DNA from: Alphaproteobacteria bacterium
GTDB lineage: Bacteria; Pseudomonadota; Alphaproteobacteria; UBA828
DNA length: 64,000 bases
Direction of reading: 5' to 3'
Assembly: GCA_965220745.1 (NCBI GenBank)
Contig: CBDCQT010000012.1
Coordinates: forward strand, 736,001-800,000
The notes under the pieces were generated by a model. The model was not told the origin of the DNA. It searched no databases and was given only the letters and a program-made list of their open reading frames with translations. The translations under genes and the position numbers were made by a program. Every line of letters starts with the position of its first letter. The stretch's first letter is position 1. Positions 58,044 through 64,000 of the stretch are shown here, in pieces.

Positions 58044-60512
58044 GTGGCGGGCGAGGGCGCGGGAGAGGGAACGCACGGCCCGTCCCGTCTCGCCGTCTTC
58101 TTCGCCGTGGCGCTGCTCGCGGCCGGCATTCTGGGCTACGAGATCCTGCTCGCGCGCCTGCTGGCGATCGTGCACTGGCACCACTTCGCCTACATGATCA
58201 TCGCCGTCGCGCTGCTGGGTTTCGGCGCAGCGGGCAGTGTGGTCGCGGTATTCCAGACGCCGCTGCTCGCGCGCTTTCGCTGGACCTTCGGCGGCGCGGC
58301 ATTGGGTTTCGGGGCCGGGGCGCCCTTGGCCTTCGCGCTGGCGCAGTCGCTCCCGTTCAACGCGCTCGAGATCGCGTGGGACCGCGCACAGCTCGGCTGG
58401 CTCTTCGCTCTCTACCTTGTGTTGTCGGTGCCGTTCTTCAGCGCGGCGCTGGCCCTGGCGCTGGCCTTTCGGGCGCACGCCGAGCGCGCCGGCGCGCTCT
58501 ACCGCATGGACTTGGTGGGCGCGGGCCTCGGGGCGCTGGGCATGGTGTTTCTGCTGGACGCCCTGCCGCTCGCCGATGCGCTGCGGGTCGTGGGTGCGCT
58601 GGGCGCCGCTGCGGGCGGCATGGTCCTGCTGACCGGGAGCGTCCGCCGGCTCGCGCAGGGCGGCGCACTGCTGGCGGTGTGCGCAGGGCTCGCCCTGCCC
58701 GCGGCGCTCCCCGATCACTGGCTGCGCCCGCACCCTTCGCCCTACAAGGGCTTGAGCCTGGCGCTGACCGCGCCCGAGGCGCGCATCGTCGCGGAGCGTC
58801 ACGGCCCGCTCGGCTGGCTCGCCGCGGTCGAGAGTCCGGCCGTGCCCTTCCGCCATGCGCCCGGCCTCAGCCTGATGGCGCCGGCCGGCCCGCCGGAGCA
58901 GGTCGGGCTTTTCACCGACGGCGGTGCCCCCAGCGCGATCACCCGCGCCGATGCCGACCTGCGTTATCTGGAGGCCGAGACCGCCGCGCTCCCCTACCAT
59001 CTGGTCGAGAACCCGCGGGTGCTGGCGCTGGGTGCCGGTGGCGGGGCGGAAGTGCTGCGGGCATTGCGCCATGGCGCGAACGCCGTCGATGCGGTGGAGC
59101 TGAACCCGGACGTGCTCGCCATCGTGCGCCAGGTGCTGGCGGAGGCGGCCGGAGCCGCGTGGGAGGGAGAGAGCGTCCGCACCCACGTTGCCGACGCCCG
59201 AAGCTTCGCCGCACGCACCGCAGAACAGTGGGACCTGATCCAGATCGCGCTGGTGGATTCCTTCAGTGCCGCGGCGGCAGGCGTGCACGCCCTCGACGAA
59301 TCGATGCTCTATACGGTGGAGGCGTTCGAGACCTTTCTGGATCGTCTTGCGCCGGGCGGCGTATTGGCCGTCACCCGCTGGCTCAAGCTGCCGCCGCGGG
59401 ACTCGCTCAGGCTGCTCTGGACCGCGCGGCGGGCGCTGGAGGCACGGGGCGTCGCCGATCCGGCCTCGCATATCATCATGATTCGCGGCTGGAAGACGAC
59501 GACACTGGTAATCGGAAACGAGCCCTTCTCCGGTCTCGCAATGGACCGGCTGCGTGCCTTCGCCAACGACTATGCCTTCGATCTGGTCTGGCATCCGGGG
59601 ATCGCCGAGGGCGACGCCAACCACCACAACCGCCTGGCCGAACCCGAGTTCTATCGCGGCGCCTCAGCGATACTTGGCCCCGATCCGGAGGGATACGCGG
59701 CCCGCTACAAGTTCGCCCTCACGCCCGCGACCGACGACCGGCCATTCTTCTTCCACACGCTCAAGTGGTCGACCCTGCCCGAGCTGCTCGCGCTGCGTGC
59801 GCAGGGCGGGCTGCCGCTGATCGAATGGGGCTTCGTGATCCTCGTCGCGACCTTGGTGCAGGCGTTTGTCGCCGCGGCCTTGTTGATCCTGGCACCGCTG
59901 CTCGCGCTCCGCACCCGGCGCACGACGGACGCGCGTCCACCCGCCCGCTGGCGGGTGGTGCTCTTCTTCGCGTGCCTTGGGTTGGCGTTCCTCTTCATCG
60001 AGATCGCCTTCATGCAGCGCTTCGCGGTGTTTCTCGGGCATCCGCTCTACGCCATCGCGGTGGTGCTCGCCGGCCTCCTGGTCTTCGCCGGTCTGGGCGC
60101 GGGCGCGATCGATCGCCTCTCACGCCTGGCTGGATGCAGGCCGCCCATCGTGATTGTGGCGGCTGGGATCATCGCCGTCGGCGGTGCTTATCTGGGGCTG
60201 CTGCCCTGGGTGTTCGAGGCGGCGCAGGGCTGGCCGACCGCCGCGCGCCTCGCCGTGGCGCTCGCGCTGCTCGGCCCCATCGGCTTCTTCCTCGGGATGC
60301 CGTTCCCGCTCGGGCTCAAGGCCCTCGGCGCGCGCGCGCCGGCGCTGGTGCCCTGGGCCTGGGGGATCAACGCCTGCGCCTCGGTGGTGAGCGCCTCACT
60401 CGCGACCTTCATCGCGCTCCATGTCGGCTTCACGCCCGTGCTCGGCTGTGCTTTGGTGCTCTATGCCCTGGCTGCGGCCTTCCCGCCGCAGGCGGCGGAG
60501 GCCCCTCGATAG
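58044..60512 (+). CDS. Polytopic membrane protein with a central spermidine-synthase-like SAM-binding domain
   Basis: N- and C-terminal TM bundles; VLALGAGGG, AVELNP, ADARSF, YTVEAF, PATDDRPFF, GMPFP and WAWGINA motifs. Confidence 0.85.
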   Translation: MAGEGAGEGTHGPSRLAVFFAVALLAAGILGYEILLARLLAIVHWHHFAYMIIAVALLGFGAAGSVVAVFQTPLLARFRWTFGGAALGFGAGAPLAFALAQSLPFNALEIAWDRAQLGWLFALYLVLSVPFFSAALALALAFRAHAERAGALYRMDLVGAGLGALGMVFLLDALPLADALRVVGALGAAAGGMVLLTGSVRRLAQGGALLAVCAGLALPAALPDHWLRPHPSPYKGLSLALTAPEARIVAERHGPLGWLAAVESPAVPFRHAPGLSLMAPAGPPEQVGLFTDGGAPSAITRADADLRYLEAETAALPYHLVENPRVLALGAGGGAEVLRALRHGANAVDAVELNPDVLAIVRQVLAEAAGAAWEGESVRTHVADARSFAARTAEQWDLIQIALVDSFSAAAAGVHALDESMLYTVEAFETFLDRLAPGGVLAVTRWLKLPPRDSLRLLWTARRALEARGVADPASHIIMIRGWKTTTLVIGNEPFSGLAMDRLRAFANDYAFDLVWHPGIAEGDANHHNRLAEPEFYRGASAILGPDPEGYAARYKFALTPATDDRPFFFHTLKWSTLPELLALRAQGGLPLIEWGFVILVATLVQAFVAAALLILAPLLALRTRRTTDARPPARWRVVLFFACLGLAFLFIEIAFMQRFAVFLGHPLYAIAVVLAGLLVFAGLGAGAIDRLSRLAGCRPPIVIVAAGIIAVGGAYLGLLPWVFEAAQGWPTAARLAVALALLGPIGFFLGMPFPLGLKALGARAPALVPWAWGINACASVVSASLATFIALHVGFTPVLGCALVLYALAAAFPPQAAEAPR

Positions 60513-60536
60513 CAAGACACACCGGAGAAACGGCCG

Positions 60537-61256
60537 ATGAAGTTCCTCGTGCTCCAGCACATCGACATCGAGCATCCGGGCATCTTTCGCGACTTCATGC
60601 GCGCCGACGGAGTCGAATGGGACGCGGTCGAGCTCGACGAGGGCGAGGCGATCCCGCCCCTGGAGGGCTATGACGCGCTGATCTCCATGGGCGGGCCGAT
60701 GGATGTCTTCGAGGAGGAGGAGCATCCCTGGCTCGTGGACGAGAAGGTGGCCATTCGCGAGGCCGTGGCGGAGCGCGACATGCCCTTCCTCGGCGTCTGC
60801 CTCGGCCATCAGTTGCTTGCCGATGCACTCGGCGGCCGGGTGGAGACCATGGCCGAGCCCGAGGTCGGCATCATGACGGTCGATCTCACCGAGGCCGGGC
60901 GCGTGGACCCGCTGCTCGCCGGCCTCGATCCGACCGTGACCTGCCTGCAATGGCATGGCTGCGCGGTGACCGCGATGCCCGAAGGCGGCGTCAGCCTCGC
61001 CTCGTCGCCGCTCTGCGCAGTCCAGGCCTTCCGGGTCGGGCGCCACGCCTACGGGCTGCAGTATCACGTGGAGCTGACACCGACGACGGTTGGCGATTGG
61101 GGCGCCGTGCCGGCCTATCAGGATTCGCTGGAGCGGGCGCTGGGCTCCGACGGCCTCGCGCCGTTCGAAGCCGAGGCCGCGCGGAATATGCCCTCCTTCA
61201 ACCGGGACGCCCGCATCCTCTACGACAACTTCATGACGCTGGTGCGCAGCAGTTAG
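60537..61256 (+). CDS. Class I glutamine amidotransferase-like protein
   Basis: VLQH...EHPG, MGGPM, LGVCLGHQ and QYHVE motifs. Confidence 0.9.
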   Translation: MKFLVLQHIDIEHPGIFRDFMRADGVEWDAVELDEGEAIPPLEGYDALISMGGPMDVFEEEEHPWLVDEKVAIREAVAERDMPFLGVCLGHQLLADALGGRVETMAEPEVGIMTVDLTEAGRVDPLLAGLDPTVTCLQWHGCAVTAMPEGGVSLASSPLCAVQAFRVGRHAYGLQYHVELTPTTVGDWGAVPAYQDSLERALGSDGLAPFEAEAARNMPSFNRDARILYDNFMTLVRSS

Positions 61257-62365
61257 GGAGCGCTTTCCGGCGGCCAGTCCGGTGCCGGTGGTGGCGCGTC
61301 GAGGGGGCCGAGCCAGGTGACGTGGCCCATCTTGCGGCCGGCGCGGGTTTCCGCCTTGCCGTAGAGGTGGAGGTGCGCGGCCGGGTCCGCGGCGAGCGCC
61401 CGCCAGCGCTCGACATCGGCGCCGATCAGGTTCTTCATACAGGCGTTGGCCCGCCGTGCCGTGGAGCCCAACGGCAGGCCGCAGACGGCACGGATGTGCT
61501 GCGCAAACTGACTGGTCTCGCAGCCCTCGATGGTCCAGTGGCCCGAGTTGTGGACGCGGGGGGCGATCTCGTTGACCAGCAGCCGACCGTCCTCGGTGAC
61601 AAAGAGCTCGACGCAGAGCACGCCCACGTGGTCGAGCGCTTGGGCAATCCGTTCGGCGCCCTCCCGAGCAACCTCTGCGAGGGCAGGGGGGAGGCTCGCC
61701 GGCGCCAGCGTCACGTCGAGAATGCCGTTCACGTGGCGGTTCTCGACCGGGTCGAAGCATGCGATCCGCCCGTCCGGCGCGCGGGCCACGATCACCGAGA
61801 CCTCACGCTCGACGGGCGCGAATGCTTCCAGGATTGCCGGACGGCTGCCGAGGGTGTCGCGCCATGCCATGAGCAGATCGTTGCCTGCGGCCAGCACCAC
61901 CTGACCCTTGCCGTCGTAGCCGAGGGTCTGGGTCTTGAGCACGGCGGGCCGGCCGATGCGGGCATCGGCAGCTGCGTTGTCGGCACCCACCTCGACCGCC
62001 GCATAGGGTGTCGTCTCCAAGCCGAGGCCGCGCACGAAATCCTTCTCGGCGATGCGATTCTGGGCGATGCGGAGCGATCCGGCCGCCGGCCGCACCGGCA
62101 CGCGCTCCGCGAGCCGCTCCAGCGCTAGTGCCGGTACGTTCTCGAACTCCGTGGTGACGACATCCACCGCCGCGCCGAAGGCGTCGAGGGCCGCGCGGTC
62201 GTCGTAAGACGCGACGGTCTCGGCGGCCGAGACCTGTGCGGCAGGGCCGCCGGGCTCCGGCGAGAAGACGTGGCAGCGGTAGCCGAGAGGTGCTCCGGCA
62301 ATCGCCAGCATCCGGCCGAGCTGGCCGCCGCCGAGAATGCCGACCGTGGCGCCAGGCGCAATCAC
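61253..62365 (-). CDS. purK: N5-carboxyaminoimidazole ribonucleotide synthase
   Basis: GILGGGQLGRML, GYDGKGQ, NEIAPRVHNSGH and YGK...GRKMGH motifs; downstream of purE. Confidence 0.95.
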   Translation of the reverse strand: MIAPGATVGILGGGQLGRMLAIAGAPLGYRCHVFSPEPGGPAAQVSAAETVASYDDRAALDAFGAAVDVVTTEFENVPALALERLAERVPVRPAAGSLRIAQNRIAEKDFVRGLGLETTPYAAVEVGADNAAADARIGRPAVLKTQTLGYDGKGQVVLAAGNDLLMAWRDTLGSRPAILEAFAPVEREVSVIVARAPDGRIACFDPVENRHVNGILDVTLAPASLPPALAEVAREGAERIAQALDHVGVLCVELFVTEDGRLLVNEIAPRVHNSGHWTIEGCETSQFAQHIRAVCGLPLGSTARRANACMKNLIGADVERWRALAADPAAHLHLYGKAETRAGRKMGHVTWLGPLDAPPPAPDWPPESAP

Positions 62366-62369
62366 GGGA

Positions 62370-62861
62370 TCAGGACTGCGGCGATTCGGCGACTGCGGCG
62401 GTCTGATTGGCGCGCCACTCGTCGAGCGCGGCGGCCACCCGCTCGTCGCCGAGGGCGACGATGGCGGCGGCGAGCAGGGCCGCGTTGACCGCGCCCGCCC
62501 GCCCGATGGCAACCGTACCGACCGGCACGCCGGCCGGCATCTGGACGATGGAGAGCAGGCTGTCCATGCCCTTGAGGCTCTTGCTCTCGACCGGCACGCC
62601 GATGACGGGCAGCGGCGTCATCGAGGCGGTCATGCCGGGTAGATGCGCCGCTCCGCCGGCGCCGGCCACGATCACCCTGAGGCCGCGGTCGCGGGCTTCG
62701 TCGGCGTAGGCATAGAGCCGCCTGGGCGTGCGGTGCGCGGAGACGATGCGGGTCTCGAACGGGACACCGAGCGCCTCAAGGGTCTCGGCGGCGTGGTGCA
62801 TGGTCTCCCAGTCCGACTGGCTCCCCATGATGATCCCGACCTGGGCGGTGGCCTCGCTCAT
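62370..62861 (-). CDS. purE: N5-carboxyaminoimidazole ribonucleotide mutase
   Basis: [26 protein letters not shown] and SIVQMP motifs. Confidence 0.97.
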   Translation of the reverse strand: MSEATAQVGIIMGSQSDWETMHHAAETLEALGVPFETRIVSAHRTPRRLYAYADEARDRGLRVIVAGAGGAAHLPGMTASMTPLPVIGVPVESKSLKGMDSLLSIVQMPAGVPVGTVAIGRAGAVNAALLAAAIVALGDERVAAALDEWRANQTAAVAESPQS

Positions 62862-62947
62862 GGCGCTCTCCCTTTACGCCTCACAAATTGGGGCGCGGCG
62901 TGCTACTTTACCGCCAGCAAGCGGCCGCGGGCAGTGCCGGGGTCGCC

Positions 62948-62976
62948 TTCACAGCCTCGGCGCGGCGTGCTATAGA
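62948..62976 (+). promoter_or_regulatory. Candidate sigma70 promoter of rpsU
   Basis: TTCACA-N17-TATAGA with TG-N extended -10, 50 nt upstream of the start. Confidence 0.6.
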
Positions 62977-63026
62977 GCCGCCCGCCCAGGAATGAAACCC
63001 GAATTCTGAGGAAGGGAAGCAGAAAT

Positions 63027-63230
63027 TTGGTCCATGTAGTCGTACGCGAAAACAATGTCGATCAGGCGCTGAAGGCCCTCAAAAAGAAAATGCAGCGTGA
63101 GGGAATTTTCCGGGAAATGAAGATGCGCCGCCACTACGAGAAGCCCTCGGAGCGGCGGGCGCGGGAAAAGGCGGAAGCGGTCCGCCGTGCCCGGAAACTC
63201 GCTCGCAAGCGCGCCCAGCGGGAGGAATAA
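63027..63230 (+). CDS. rpsU: 30S ribosomal protein S21
   Basis: [21 protein letters not shown]...YEKPSE; TTG start. Confidence 0.95.
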   Translation: MVHVVVRENNVDQALKALKKKMQREGIFREMKMRRHYEKPSERRAREKAEAVRRARKLARKRAQREE

Positions 63231-63337
63231 CCCCCGCCAATTGCGGCCTCGCGACGCCGCGAATTACTCTGAGAAATTTTCACGCTGGGCCGGTTGCCGC
63301 GGCGCGGAGTTCGCCTGCATTTAAATGAAACGAGGGG

Positions 63338-64000
63338 TCAGAGGGACTTTACGATCTCTTCGACCATTTTCTTGGCGTCGCCGAAAAGCATCATCGTGTT
63401 GTCCCGGTAGAACACCGGGTTGTCGATGCCCGCATAGCCCGGCGCCAGCGAGCGCTTGACGAACAACACCGTCTTGCAGAGCTCCACGTCGAGAATCGGC
63501 ATGCCCGCAATCGGGCTCTGGGGGTCGGTCTTCGCAACCGGATTGACCACGTCGTTGGCGCCGATCACGAGGGCAACATCGGTGTTGGGCATGTCGCTGT
63601 TGATGTCCTCCAGCTCGAAGACCTCGTCGTAGGGGACATTGGCCTCGGCCAGCAGCACGTTCATGTGGCCCGGCATGCGGCCCGCCACCGGATGGATGGC
63701 GTAGCGGACGTCGACCCCCTCCTTTTGGAGCATACCGGCCATCTCGCGTATAGCGTGCTGGGCCTGCGCGACGGCGAGGCCGTAACCCGGCACGATCACC
63801 ACGGAGCCTGCGTTGCGCATGATGAAGGCGGCGTCGTCCGCGCTGCCCGCCTTGTGGGTGCGGTCGGTTGCGGAGACGGACTTCGAGGAATCGGTGCCGA
63901 AGCCGCCGAGAATCACGCTGATGAAGGAGCGGTTCATCGCGCGGCACATGATGTAGCTCAGGATCGCGCCGGCCGAGCCCACCAGGGCGCCGACCACGAT
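63338..64000 (-). CDS. pntB: NAD(P) transhydrogenase beta subunit, 5'-truncated by window edge
   Basis: [32 protein letters not shown] and GANDVVNP motifs. Confidence 0.97.
   Translation of the reverse strand: MVVGALVGSAGAILSYIMCRAMNRSFISVILGGFGTDSSKSVSATDRTHKAGSADDAAFIMRNAGSVVIVPGYGLAVAQAQHAIREMAGMLQKEGVDVRYAIHPVAGRMPGHMNVLLAEANVPYDEVFELEDINSDMPNTDVALVIGANDVVNPVAKTDPQSPIAGMPILDVELCKTVLFVKRSLAPGYAGIDNPVFYRDNTMMLFGDAKKMVEEIVKSL

Noticed and set aside
57162-60673. Very long alternative ORFs (57443-60673 +, 1076 aa; 57162-59627 -, 821 aa)
   Set aside because: Arg/Ala/Gly/Pro-rich, no motifs, and they overlap well-supported genes. These are shadow frames expected in high-GC DNA.

Overview
Chromosomal segment of a high-GC bacterium (about two-thirds G+C or more, judged by eye). 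Gene content and order (erpA-xth; S49/tRNA methyltransferase/DUF2007/ispB; purEK; rpsU; pntB) point to an alphaproteobacterium. The TMAO genes suggest a marine lifestyle (inference). About 58 protein genes are supported; I see no rRNA, tRNA, CRISPR array, integrase or transposase. Main blocks: (i) a divergent glycine-cleavage P-beta gene plus an NAD-kinase-like gene; (ii) a sugar-acid cluster around a D-apionate-lactonase-like gene; (iii) an acyl-CoA dehydrogenase pair, crotonase and dehydratase; (iv) a Schlafen/AlbA_2-HATPase gene with an unusual beta-rich C-terminus; (v) torT-torS-torR next to tmoXWV-tdm (TMAO uptake and demethylation, no torCAD); (vi) an RND pump, a spondin-like protein, a Liv-type ABC transporter with a class IV transaminase, and sbmA; (vii) housekeeping genes. 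Signals not explained by gene calls: a ~180-210 nt two-block intergenic element present twice in opposite orientation (7400-7607 and 48741-48917); a toxin-antitoxin scar bounded by a 25-bp direct repeat of a gene start; and a signal-peptide-bearing isoaspartyl methyltransferase paired with a membrane SAM-domain protein. All calls come from reading the sequence; no database searches were run.
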